Assembly (NCBI RefSeq): GCF_001194135.2 | Contig: NC_068983.1 | Coordinates: 135,760,531 to 135,824,530, forward strand | Length of the DNA: 64,000 nucleotides | Direction: 5' to 3' | From: Octopus bimaculoides | Lineage: Eukaryota | In this document: in pieces, positions 1 through 10,922 of the stretch | How the letters are laid out: every line of letters begins with the position of its first letter | Position numbering within the stretch: the stretch's first letter is position 1 | The notes under the pieces: model-generated | Databases searched by the model: none | What the model was told of the DNA's origin: nothing | The model's input: the letters and a program-made list of their open reading frames with translations, nothing else | Position numbers and translations under genes: made by a program

Positions 1-104
1 CATAGTCTGGAGCAACACAGTTTTGTCCAACATTGATAAGTTTTCCCCAAATGATCCTTTGTGCCACAACTTCCAAGTTACAGTTTTCATCCACATAAAC
101 AGGG
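1..104 (-). CDS. ALDH3: ALDH3-like paralog A, catalytic-Cys exon (runs off the window start)
   Basis: Minus strand ...cttctag|C CCT GTT TAT... translates (C)[34 protein letters not shown]. This matches the ALDH3 NxGQxCxAPDY motif, with the Cys codon at 17-19. Phase-2 start matches the preceding exon and the paralog B exon at 60580. Confidence 0.93.
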
Positions 105-224
105 CTAGAAGGAAGAACCCAGTAAATCTATTAGTTGTTTGTATAAAGTGATCTCTTAACGATTTATGAATGGTTTTGGAAAACATTGTATGACCAGGCC
201 TAGAGTATTTACAACTAAATGGGT

Positions 225-385
225 GTGAGCAGGGAAGTGTAGGTAAGAAGTTTACTTTACAACTATGTAGTTTTAGGTTCAAATCTATTGAGCAGTACCT
301 TGGGCAAATGTGTTTTATCATAGCTTCAGATCATCCAAACTTTGTGAGTGATATTTGGTAGACAGAGGTTGTGTGGAAGTTCATC
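225..385 (+). mobile_element. Degenerate tRNA-derived SINE head (same family as 5614/52030)
   Basis: Shares ggtaagaagttt..., ccttgggcaa and tttgtgagtg..tttggtagac blocks with the better-preserved copies. Confidence 0.55.
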
Positions 386-711
386 AAAGACTTGAATAGT
401 AGATTTAAAGTGTCACTTGATTTAACACAACCACCTGTTCCTTAGGCACCGTTAAGAAAATACATTCTATTTTAAAGATTTGGGTTGAGAATGAATGTCT
501 TAATATTTTTTTTTCTCTTCTGATGCCAGCAATCTTCACTGAAAGCTTTTAATTCTTGTTTGAGGGCAAGTAATTTGCATTCAATTATTCAGTTTTCACT
601 ATCTCCAAACTTCCTTTTTATTTTATTTTTCACTCTTTGTTGATGGGGAATAGTAGTTATTTGTTCATTTGCTTGTGATAAACAATACCATACGACTGAT
701 ATTCAAGCTTG

Positions 712-748
<37 letters not shown>

Positions 749-824
749 GTGTTTATTGATGTTAGGGTGTCTGTTGACATGTATAGGTGTATCTGTAGAA
801 AAACAAAATGAATTTTATGTATAC

Positions 825-988
825 CATTTGCCACTCAGCTGTAAGGTAACAGGTGTGAGGAATTTTGATGCAGCAGCCATAACAGCCCGACCAAAACTTG
901 AACTTCCAGCAAAGAAGATGTGATCAAATCTCTGATCCAGTAGGTCTGTGAGCTCTTCAGTACCTCCAGGATACACACATATACATTC
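825..988 (-). CDS. ALDH3: ALDH3-like paralog A, Rossmann/general-base exon (164 nt)
   Basis: ag|GAA...AAA TG|gtat. Translates [54 protein letters not shown]. Same length as the paralog B exon 55538-55701, with 30/54 aa identical by hand count. Confidence 0.95.
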
Positions 989-1654
989 CTAAAGGAAGGA
1001 AGAAAAGAAATATATGGATCAGCTTTATATAAAGCAAAAAATATTGTTTTAATTACCATTGATATAGAAAAGACAACAGGACCAACCAGTCATTCTTTAA
1101 ACTAAGTAAATGACCTGTCTAGTATGTATGGTTAAATCAGAGGTCAGTATGGTTAGGAGAGTGTCCTGGTCACTGGAATGTCATGTAGCTATTGTTATTT
1201 AGACCCATGTCAGCCCTGGCCAATCAGACTTATGATCAAATGCATTCCAACTCTAACCATCCTATATTGTTATATCAGTGCATATATTGTCTAATGTATC
1301 CTTCTTCAGATGGATATTGTCTTTAGAAGACGATAGGGTGTGATCCGAGGGAGATTTGACTGTTGTGTTTAGTAAGTTGAGTGGTTGCATAGAAGCTCCC
1401 TCGCTGGTTCATTGTATTGTTAGTTTTCTGTAGTGGTCAAGGTTGTATAGACTTTTTGTAATGTTTACCTTCAGAGACTGTTTAATATTGCTTAGTAATG
1501 ACCAACTGTGGTGTAGTATAATTTAGTGATTAAATTTCTGTTATTTTGAGGTCTGTGGTGGTCAATTGAAATATAACATTCAGTGTTGGTCAAAGACCCT
1601 AATGTAGTGGTATGTCATTGTTTAACCCTAGGAAAACTCTCATTGAATAAACCT

Positions 1655-1870
1655 GATACTGGTTTCAAATTTTGGCAAAAAGTCAGCAGTTTCAGTGGAG
1701 GTAAGTAAATCAATTACATCAATTCAGTGCCCAGTTGGTACTTATTTTACAGAGCACAAAAGAATGAAAGGCAAAGTCAACCTCAGTGGAACTGGAACTC
1801 AGAACATAGAGACAAACAAAATACTCCAAAGCATTTTGCTTGGTGTGCTGATGATTCTGCCTGCCATCCA
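1655..1870 (-). mobile_element. SINE family B copy (degenerate)
   Basis: The block ttggtacttattttac...aatgaaaggcaaagtcaacctcag...gaactcagaac is shared with 6040, 11410, 22138 and 61360. Confidence 0.65.
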
Positions 1871-2277
1871 CTTCAGAACAAACCTAATGATAAAGACATT
1901 TCAACTATAACCATCTCATCTTTTTGTACATCTAGGCCAACACTTTTCTGTTATTTCCTATCTTTTTTAAGATGGCAGGATGTGATTTGAGGGAAATTTA
2001 GCTGCTATTTCTAACAGGTTGTAGAACAACATGGAAGTTCCAAGAACAGATCTTGATCCAAGAATTGCAATCATTGTAAAATTGAGGAATCTTTTGTGAA
2101 TCAACCTTTTCTAATCTTATCCAAAAAACTAAATGTGGTGAGGTATGGAATTGGTAGAATGTCAAACAAAACCTCTGGAGTTCTTTTCTATTTGGGTGCA
2201 ACACCTGATAGCATCTACTTTACTGCTCATCCTTATAAAGTCAATAAAATAAGTAGAAAACTTTAGAACTGACTTAC

Positions 2278-2363
2278 GGTGTCCATATATCTAGGTATAA
2301 GGGTTTCTATCAGTTGACTTGTTTGTGGGGCAAATTCTGATGGTTTTAACATTGCACAGTTTC
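2278..2363 (-). CDS. ALDH3: ALDH3-like paralog A, KPSE exon (86 nt)
   Basis: ctctag|GA AAC TGT...GAC ACC|gtaagt. Translates (G)NCAMLKPSEFAPQTSQLIETLIPRYMDT, containing the ALDH GNxxxxKPSE motif. Confidence 0.95.
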
Positions 2364-2411
2364 CTAGAGAAAAGACAAGAAATTGATCAAACAACACATT
2401 TTATATATAAA

Positions 2412-2885
2412 CTAGCTGACTCCGTGCCGTCAAAAATGACGACTAATTGTAGTATTTTATATATAAAATAGATACATAATAATCACACATACAAACATTC
2501 ACATACTTCCCTTGTACACATACACACATATACTCACACTATTTGATTTTTCTTTTCAGTGTTGAATGTTAACTCACACATACAAACATTCACATTTTGT
2601 CATCACCCCTTCCTTCCTTATTCATCTATCACCCCTTCCTTTCTCATTCATATGTTATGACGGAGAAAACACAAGAGTATTATTATGCCACCATCCCACT
2701 TACATTGTGCACGCACATACACATTCACATATCTCCATTTTTACATACACACACTTATACTCACTCAGAGTTGAAAAGCTGTTTGATTTTTTTTTTACCC
2801 CTTCCTTCCTTATTCATCTATCACCTTTTCCTTTCTCATTCATATGTTGTGATGGAGAAAGACACAAGAGTATTATTATAGTAGA
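2412..2885 (-). mobile_element. Non-autonomous Helitron
   Basis: Minus strand begins TCTACTATAATAAT and ends ...CAGCTAG, inserted between A and T. There is a subterminal hairpin (cgtca-aaaa-tgacg) about 11 nt from CTAG, no TSD, and an internal duplication of about 80 bp. Confidence 0.7.
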
Positions 2886-3383
2886 TGCTTAGATAAAATA
2901 TTGCATGTTCATTTACCAAATATTAATTCCTAACAAAGACACATATCACACATGTTGAATGAAGGCATAGTCAGTTATATTGACTGGTATCCTATTTTAT
3001 TGCCTGGGAAAAATTAAAGGCAAGGTTCATCACAGCAGAATTTGAACTTAGGATATAACAGACCATAACTAAATGCTGATTGGCATTTAATTATGGTCTG
3101 AAGATTCTGCCAATCTTCAATAATATTAACTAAATGCAATGTTTATTTATATACATGTGTACATTTACATCAATTCTGAGATAAAATAATTGTAATCTAA
3201 GGCTAATAAGAGAGTAATCAATTTGTTTCAGCTATAATAGGTATTTATATTTATATAGATTTTAAAATAAATACTTTGTTTATAAGCTAAACCTAATAAA
3301 GTAGTAATCTAAATGATCTGTTCACTTATACATACACACACATACAGACACATACATGTATGTATGTATGTGACTGTATATGC

Positions 3384-3850
3384 TGCTCTTCATCATCATC
3401 CCCTCCTCCCCTCCTCCTTCTCCTCCTCTTCTCTTCCTCCTCTTCTCTTTCTCTCTTCTTCTCTTTCTCTCCTCTTCTCTTTCTCTCCTCTTCTCTTTCT
3501 CTCCTCTTCCTTTTCTCTCCTCTTCTCTTTCTCACCTCTTCTCTTTCTCACCTCTTCTCTTTCTCTTCTCTTCTCTTTCTCTCCTCTTCTCTTTCTCTCC
3601 TCTTCTCTTTCTCTCCTCTTCTCTNNNNNNNNNNCTTCTCTTCTCTTTCTCTCCTCTTCTCTTTCTCTCCTCTTCTCTTTCTCTCCTCTTCTCTTTCTCT
3701 CCTCTTCTCTTTCTCTCCTCTTCCCTTCCTCTTCCTCTTCCTCTTCCCCTTCTCTCCTCTTCCTCTTCCCCTTCTCTCCTCTTCCTCTTCCCTTTCTCTC
3801 CTCCTCCTTCTCCACCTCCACTCCCTCTTCCTCCATCATCGTCATCATCG
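3384..3850. repeat. Polypyrimidine/polypurine low-complexity tract (TTCTCTTTCTCTCCTC-like units) with a 10-N gap
   Basis: Direct inspection; almost only C and T on the + strand. Confidence 0.9.
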
Positions 3851-3869
3851 TCACCATTTTGAGGTTCAA

Positions 3870-4170
3870 CATTTTTAGATATTAACCTAGATAACCCATC
3901 TGCATGGCTTAACTTTTTTGAGGGGAGGTATTCCATTTTGAAATTGTAGTTCAACAAAATGGTTCCCCATCTCTGCAATCTATTGACAGTATGTGCTGAG
4001 ATGCTCGTCTTAGAGCCAAATATAGTCAATAAGTGGTGATGATCGGTTTGCAGACAAAACCTTCTGCTATGGATGAACATATGGGACTTTTTTACAGCAT
4101 AAATAATTGCCAAAACTCCTTTCTCAATCTGGCTGTAATTCCTCTCAGTGGGCAATAGTGTATGATGCAT
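3870..4170 (-). mobile_element. Ty3/Gypsy LTR-retrotransposon pol fragment (RNase H region)
   Basis: Translation ERNYSQIEKGVLAIIYAVKK...LQTDHHHLLTIFGSK...NRLQRWGTILLNYNFKMEY...HADGLSRL is the typical Gypsy RNase H signature. Confidence 0.85.
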
Positions 4171-4231
4171 GTGCTACATGTTTTGTATTACTATCTTCAT
4201 AGTCAAGTACATCAACAGCAACAGCAATATC

Positions 4232-4513
4232 AAAATCAAATCAAATGGAAATTGTAGTTGTGACCCCTGTGCCAGTAGCACATAAAAAGCACTATCCGAA
4301 CATGACTGGTTTCCATGCTGGTGGCACGTAAAAAGCACCATCCGATCGTGGTCGATGCCAACTCCTCTGGCCCCTGTGCTGGTGGCACGTAAAAAGCACC
4401 CACTACACTCTCAGAGTGGTTGGTGTTAGGAAGGGCATCCAGCTGTAGAAACTCTGCCAGATCAGATTGGGGCCTGGTGCAGCCTCCTGGCTTCCCAGAT
4501 CCTAGTTGAACTG
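4232..4513 (+). mobile_element. 3' UTR fragment of the RTE-type LINE family
   Basis: gtgctggtggcacgtaaaaagcacc subrepeats and the ggaagggcatccagctgtagaaactctgcc block are shared with 13620-14992. Confidence 0.75.
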
Positions 4514-4791
4514 AGGACACTCAGATTTACCCAGCAAGAAAAGCTACCAGAGCCTAGCAATTTATTTGGACCATTGTGGTTAGCTGGCACCTGAAACCGA
4601 CTTGAGAGAAAACACGGTCACCACTAGGATAATATATCCCTGTAAACTCATTTTTAAATATATATATATATGACTTTTATGGTACAGGTTTGGGTATGTG
4701 GTAGCAAAGTGTTTAAAGGTAAATGTCTTCTGTAGCCTTGAAGTGGTCGATGACTTGTGAGTGAAATTGGTAGTCAGAAAAATAAATACAT

Positions 4792-4965
4792 GTGTGTGTG
4801 TATGTGTGCACACACACACACACACATATATATATACATACAGGCACATACATACATACATATGTACGTACATACATACATACATACATACATACATACA
4901 TGCATGCATGCATGCATGCATACATACATACATACATGCATGCATGCATACATACATACATATGT
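4792..4965. repeat. Compound microsatellite (TG/CA/TACA/TGCA)
   Basis: Direct inspection. Confidence 0.9.
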
Positions 4966-5015
4966 AAGCATGTAGGTAAGATTTTTAGGAGTAACATGGT
5001 GAATGTGAAACCTAC

Positions 5016-5151
5016 CTGCAGCTAATATTCCAATTAAGGGTGAGAAAAGTAATTGAATTGGGTAATTCCATGGTGCAATCACCAAGATCACACCAAATGG
5101 TTCTTTCTTGATAAAACAGTCATCAGCAAGATTAAGGAAATCTTTGGAGAC
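5016..5151 (-). CDS. ALDH3: ALDH3-like paralog A, WNYP exon (136 nt)
   Basis: ttaaag|GTC...GCA G|gtagg. Translates [45 protein letters not shown], containing the EPxGV and PWNYP motifs. Confidence 0.95.
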
Positions 5152-5613
5152 CTTTAAAATAAGAAAATAATTTGTCAGCTTTTGGTGGAGGAATTGCGTG
5201 AACAGAATAAATATGATGTAGAAGAAAAGTTAGGGTTGGTGGTAACAGTGTAGTTAATTTACAAATTCATAGATACTGGTGTTCCAGAAAGGAGAGGAAA
5301 AAGAAGATGGGGGATGAAGAGTAAGTAGAAGGTGAAAAAGAGGAAAGAGGGGCATTGGAAAATCTATATTTTATATTGATCTAAGCATATTCATATTTAA
5401 AAATTTGCAAAGGTCCTGTACACCATTCTCCTCAAAATCAACAATAACAAAATAGCCAAAAATATAAAAATTATAATTCCTTATAACCAACCACGATATT
5501 CTCATTTTTATAAGTTCTATCTCTATTATTCTTATTCACATTACTCCTATATCTAAATACTTATACATAGAAAATATACCTGTTATGGAAAAAACCTTTG
5601 ATTATAACAGATA

Positions 5614-6024
5614 TACTCTTTACTCTTTACCCTTTTACTTGTTTCAGTCATTTGACTGCGGCCATGCTGGAGCACCACCTTTAGTCGAGCAAATCGACCT
5701 CAGGACTTATTCTTTGTAAGCCTAGTACTTATTCTATCGGTTTCTTTTGCTGAACAGCTAAGTTACAGGGACGTAAACACACCAGCATTGGTTGTCAAGC
5801 GATGTTGGGGGGACAAACACAGACACACAAACATACATATATATATACATATACATATATACGATGGGCTTCTTTCAGTTTCCGTCTACCAAATTCACTC
5901 ACAAGGCTTCACTCGGCCCGAGGCTATAGTAGAAGACATTTGCCCAAGGTGCCACACAGTGGGACTGAACCCGGAACTATGTGGTTGGTAAGCAAGCTAC
6001 TTACCACACAGCCACTCCTGCGCC
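5614..6024 (-). mobile_element. tRNA-derived SINE family A, near full length
   Basis: Minus-strand head ggcgcaggagtggctgtgtggtaag...ccgggttcagtcccact (A/B-box-like) and an AGTAAA-repeat tail. Homologous to 42454 and 52030. Confidence 0.85.
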
Positions 6025-6039
6025 TGTATGTATAAATTT

Positions 6040-6252
6040 GGTTCCAAATTTTGACTCAAGGCTAGCAATTTCAGGGGGAAGGGCTAAGTCAATTACATCA
6101 ACTCTAGCTCTCAACTGGTACTTACTTTATCAACCTCAAAAGGTTGAAAGGCAAAGTCAACCCAGCGGAATTTGAATTAAAAATGTACCGATGGATGAAA
6201 TACCACTAAGCATTTTGCCTAGTGTGCTAACAATTCTTCCAGCACACTGCTT
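6040..6252 (-). mobile_element. SINE family B copy
   Basis: Homologous to 22138-22357. Confidence 0.7.
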
Positions 6253-7209
6253 AAGCATGTATAATGAAAAAAAAAAGGAATAAACTTAAAAATAAATATC
6301 AATATTACCTGTAAACCTCCAATTTATATTAACAATAAGTTAAAATCTTTTTGATTTATTGTAAATTATGTGGACAAATTGCCATGTTTAATAGAATTAG
6401 AATGGTTTTTACACTTTTAAACTTGTGCAACTCCTTGGCAAAAATGAATTATATAGATACAAACTTTTTTATCTTCTCATTAATGATAAGGGAAGGGAAC
6501 AAAAAAAATTTCCCTAATATTTTGGTGGTGTTGCAAACTTGGTATAAATCAATTTGAGAACCACTGTACAAAAGGCATCTATGGACCAGGTAATGGCATT
6601 AAATTGGGTTAGTGATTAAGTTTAGCAATCAAGTGGGCCACGGTATGATTTGAACTCATAATACAAAGAGGCAAAATAAATACTGCAAGGCAACTCATCT
6701 GTAACTCTCTAACAAGTTCATTAGTCCACTGCTGTGGGCAAATATTTTATTTCTTGACACTGAAAAGGTGGAAGTCAAAACTGACTTTGCAGGGATTTGA
6801 ACTCAGAATGCAAAGAGCTGGATTAAATATTGCAAGTTATTTCACCACAAAATATTTAGTACTTTTATTTCAACCAATCATTTTTGGTCATTATAATTAT
6901 ATAGTATTATTAGTAATTATAATTGTGTAATAATTATTTACTGAAACTGGATGGAATGTAACCATAATATTGCAACCTCATGTGAGCAAGAAATGTAGCA
7001 TTTTTAGGAATACAACAGTGATCCCAGTCATGAGTTCAGCAAAAATTGCCAGTATAGGGAAATGTAAGTCACTTTCGGGTTTCAGGTAGTAGTGTCTGGT
7101 GGTTGGCTGGAGCAGGAGTTACAATGGCTACCCAACAACAACAATAACAACTAGGATTCATGAAAGAACATTTACCATTTAAAAAAGTAAACAAATATGA
7201 AAGTCTTAC

Positions 7210-7305
7210 CTTTACAGGTGATACCCATGATTCAAAGTTGTTCAAAGTGTAGATAATTTCATTACAAATGAAGTCAATTTCCATCAAAAGACTTTCAAAT
7301 GGGTC
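7210..7305 (-). CDS. ALDH3: ALDH3-like paralog A exon (96 nt)
   Basis: aaccag|GAC...AAG|gtaaga. Translates DPFESLLMEIDFICNEIIYTLNNFESWVSPVK. Same length and phase as the paralog B exon 46178-46273. Confidence 0.9.
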
Positions 7306-7429
7306 CTGGTTGGGAGGAGAAAGAAGGTAAAACAAAATCCACAGTAATTATCATCATGTCCTTATCAACATTATCGTCTTCATCACTGATACCACCACCA
7401 CTAACATCACCATCTCTGGTACTGATTTC

Positions 7430-10243
7430 TGAAGTGCACCAAAGAAGAGAGAGTTGAACTTAGCTCTTTCTCCATGACTCCTTTTCAGTTGATGCCAAGG
7501 ACATATTTTTCAAAGGCTATTGTGAATCTATATCACTATTCGACAAGACCAAAGACATAATCATTGTTGGTCTTTATAGGCCTCCCCAAGCACCTCTAAA
7601 GTGCTTTGAAAAGTGCCTCAACAAAATCAAGTCCTTCCTTCAAAAATACAACTCTGAAAACATACTAGTGATGGGTGATTTTAACCTCCCTCATATAAAC
7701 TGGCCCACAAATACTCTGAAGTTTGGCAAATGCTTTACATCAGATAAAGCAGCAGCAGAATTACTCTTTAATCTAATGAATAAATTCTTCCTGGCTCAGC
7801 TAGGGCTCGAACCAACAAGACAGAATAAAACGATCTTGGATTTAATATTAACCAACCACTCTAGCTCCGTTCTAATATTAACCAACCACTCTAGCTCGTT
7901 TTTCAGTTGAAAAGAACTCTCCTCTCAGACCATGACATGATACTCTGCAATTCTAATTCCCAGCATATCAAAACCAAACCAGCCAATCCCACCCCATGGC
8001 ACTCTTTTGTCAACATAAACCTCCACAAAGCAGACTGGGGAGCAATCAGAAAGGATCTGTCCTTCATCGACTGGTCTTTCACTCTCAGTTCCACTCACAT
8101 TGAGACCGCATGGCAACACTTTGAGAACATTGTCGCCTATACATGCTCAAAATATGCTCCTACGAAATCCACTAACACAAACAGAAACCGGCTCCTTAAA
8201 AAGAAAAAAAAAAACACTCACCAGGCGCATCAAAAGACTCAATAAAAAAATCAACCAATTAAAATACTCCACATACGACATCCACATTCAACAACAAGGA
8301 AAAGGCTGGAGTTGGAAAAACTTTATATGCAGACTGATATGAAAACCTCCATTGAAAATCAAAGAACTGTGGAGGAACAGTAGGTAACCAAAAACATCAA
8401 ACAGAACCCAAAAGTGTTCTACTCTTATGCAAATAAGTATAGAACTGCTGTCTCACCCACTGGGCCATTGATCAATGATAACGGCATTCCCCAACACAAT
8501 GCTAAAGAAATGGCAGAAATACTGCAGAAACAATACTGCTCTGTCTTTAGTGATCCCATTGATATTGATGTAAGAGGAGTGAATGAAGTTGATTCCCAAC
8601 ATAAAATCTCGGACATAACCTTCACTGCCTCAGACATCATAGCAGCAATAAATAAGGTCAAATACTATTCTGCTGTAGGCCCTGATACATTCCCTGCTAG
8701 TCTCCTGAAGGAATGTAGATAACAACTTGCAGTCCCTCTGACCAACCTCTGGAGAAATTCTTTAGACTCAGGTTATATACCAAAACAGCTCCTCTCCCAG
8801 TCTGTCATCCCAGTTTTCAAACAGGGAAACAGACCCCTCTCAGTCAACTACTGCCCAATCTCACTCACGTCTCACATCATTAAAGTGTTTGAAAGAGTGG
8901 TAAGATCAAGGATAGTTGACTTCCTGGAGACCCACAAACTCCTAAATGCAAACTCCTAAATGGCTTTCACTGTGGCAGGGAGTGTCTAACACAGCTCTTA
9001 CACCACATTGAAGATATACTTAAGACCTTGGGAACAGGTTCGAACTCTGATGTCATATATCTTGACTTCAGTAAAGCGTTCGACAGGGTTGACCATAATA
9101 TCTTACTCTCCAAATTGGCAAATGTTGGAATCTGTGAAAAACTTCTACACTGGATTAAGTATTTCCTGGTGAATAAAACACAAGAAGATGTGGTCAATAG
9201 AATCCACTCAAGCTCAGCAAAAGTCACCAGTGGTGTCCCTCAGGGGACTGTCTTGGGCCCACTCCTCTTTATAATTTACATAAATAACCTTTCCAGCGTC
9301 GTAAATCACTGCAAAGTGAAAATATTTGCTGATGACACTAAGCTCCAGCAAATAATTAATGAAGAAGAAGACCGAACCCAAATCCAGTCTGATCAATATG
9401 TTGTGAGTCAATGGGCAGACAAAAATAAAATGCCACTGAACGAGGGAAAATTTGAGCTGATGCATTTTGGAAGAAAGTCTATACTAAAACAACCATACTC
9501 TCTTCCTTCAGGGGAACCGCTTACGGCATCTAATGATATCAGAGACCTGGGTGTAATTGTTGATAACAATCTCAGTTGCAGTGCCCACATCAACAATAAG
9601 GTGGATATAGCTCGTAGGATGGGCTCCTGGATCTTAAGATTCTTCCAGTCCAGAGAACAAAATGTCATCATTCCACTTTTCTCCTCCTTTGTACGGCCAC
9701 ACCTCGAATACTGCTGCCCTTTGTGGTCTCCCCATACAAAAAAAAAAAACATCTCAAGGATTGAATCACCCCAGAGGGCACTCACTAAACGAATTGAAGG
9801 CATGACTGATCTCGATTTCTGGGACCGCCTTAAAACCTTGAAACTCTACTCTCTCCAGCACCGCTACGAGCAGTATATCATTTGTACGATGTGGAGAATA
9901 TACCACCAGCATTGCCCAAACGACCTGAACATTAGTTTCAAGATTCATTCAAGGCTGGGACCATGGGCCATACGTCCCCTGCCCAATTCAGGATTACAAC
10001 ATATAGGCACACTGCAACATAATTTCTTTTCCTCAACACGCCCTGCCCTGTTTAACATTGCCCCAAAACTGATTAAAGAGGAAAAAGATCCCATCATCTT
10101 TAAACGGAGTCTGGACAGATTTCTTCAAGGAATACCAGATAAGCCACCCATACCTGGATACAACTCACTCAACAAGAACTCACTACTTGAATGGACCATA
10201 GACAAAACTTGACTGTAAAAAGGATTTAGATTTAGGTGGTGCT
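7430..10243 (+). mobile_element. CR1-clade LINE, 5'-truncated and disrupted (APE endonuclease + RT), antisense in a paralog A intron
   Basis: Endonuclease remnant (GLYRPP...VMGDFNLPHINW) and RT motifs YLDFSKAFDRVDH, GVPQGTVLGPLLF, IFADDTK in ORF 9028-10212. Frameshifts and stops upstream; ends at an N-gap. 5' boundary approximate. Confidence 0.9.
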
Positions 10244-10547
10244 NNNNNNNNNNNNNNNNNNNNNNNNNNNNNNNNNNNNNNNNNNNNNNNNNNNNNNNNN
10301 NNNNNNNNNNNNNNNNNNNNNNNNNNNNNNNNNNNNNNNNNNNNNNNNNNNNNNNNNNNNNNNNNNNNNNNNNNNNNNNNNNNNNNNNNNNNNNNNNNNN
10401 NNNNNNNNNNNNNNNNNNNNNNNNNNNNNNNNNNNNNNNNNNNNNNNNNNNNNNNNNNNNNNNNNNNNNNNNNNNNNNNNNNNNNNNNNNNNNNNNNNNN
10501 NNNNNNNNNNNNNNNNNNNNNNNNNNNNNNNNNNNNNNNNNNNNNNN

Positions 10548-10610
<63 letters not shown>
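10548..10610. repeat. (CA)n microsatellite at a contig edge
   Basis: Direct inspection. Confidence 0.95.
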
Positions 10611-10614
<4 letters not shown>

Positions 10615-10778
10615 AGTATGTAAAACATAATAAAAATCTAAAACATCGTAAAATAAAAGGTATGAGCATTCCTGAAGTAGCTATTTTATTGTTAAAAAAA
10701 TCTATTTTTAACATTATATTGATATTTAAATGCTGCTTCACTTGTGGGGTACCTGGTATTCATATTCTTGATACTTAC

Positions 10779-10922
10779 TTTACACAAGTCATTTTTCAGA
10801 GCTTCTACAAAAAGATTTCTGTTCTCCTCAAACATTAATAGCATAGCCTTCAGTTGCTTTTGGCGCCAGTCTATATGCTTGGTAATTCCACTCTGGAAAG
10901 ACTGCCGAAGCTTGAAAACTTG
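10779..10922 (-). CDS. ALDH3: ALDH3-like paralog A, N-terminal helical exon (144 nt)
   Basis: ttgtag|CAA...AAA|gtaagt. Translates QVFKLRQSFQSGITKHIDWRQKQLKAMLLMFEENRNLFVEALKNDLCK, a typical ALDH3 N-terminus. Same length as paralog B 45116-45259. Confidence 0.92.

Noticed and set aside
1998-2204. 68-aa minus-strand ORF between two ALDH3 exons, considered as an extra exon
   Set aside because: No ALDH similarity, and the flanking exons already join in frame with the same architecture as paralog B.
3313-3885. Long Ser/Leu/Phe- or Arg/Glu/Lys-rich ORFs in several frames
   Set aside because: They are translations of a CT-rich low-complexity tract, open in many frames at once, with no splice or homology support.
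4580-5025. MYVC/HTYI-repeat ORFs (also at 28574-28964, 39226-39707, 58377-58651 and 61044-61368)
   Set aside because: Microsatellite translations. Only the WNYP part of ORF 4774-5091 is real (exon 5016-5151).
9028-10212. 394-aa ORF as a host gene or an active retrotransposon
   Set aside because: It is the RT half of a CR1 LINE whose upstream part is broken by stops and frameshifts.
10125-10838. ORFs running through N-gaps (also 18733-19049, 50135-50777 and 56689-57354)
   Set aside because: Their length comes from X codons in assembly gaps.
825-10922. Calling paralog A a pseudogene because it lacks the ELGG glutamate
   Set aside because: No stop, frameshift or broken splice site in six exons despite deep divergence from paralog B, and the catalytic Cys and Asn are retained.
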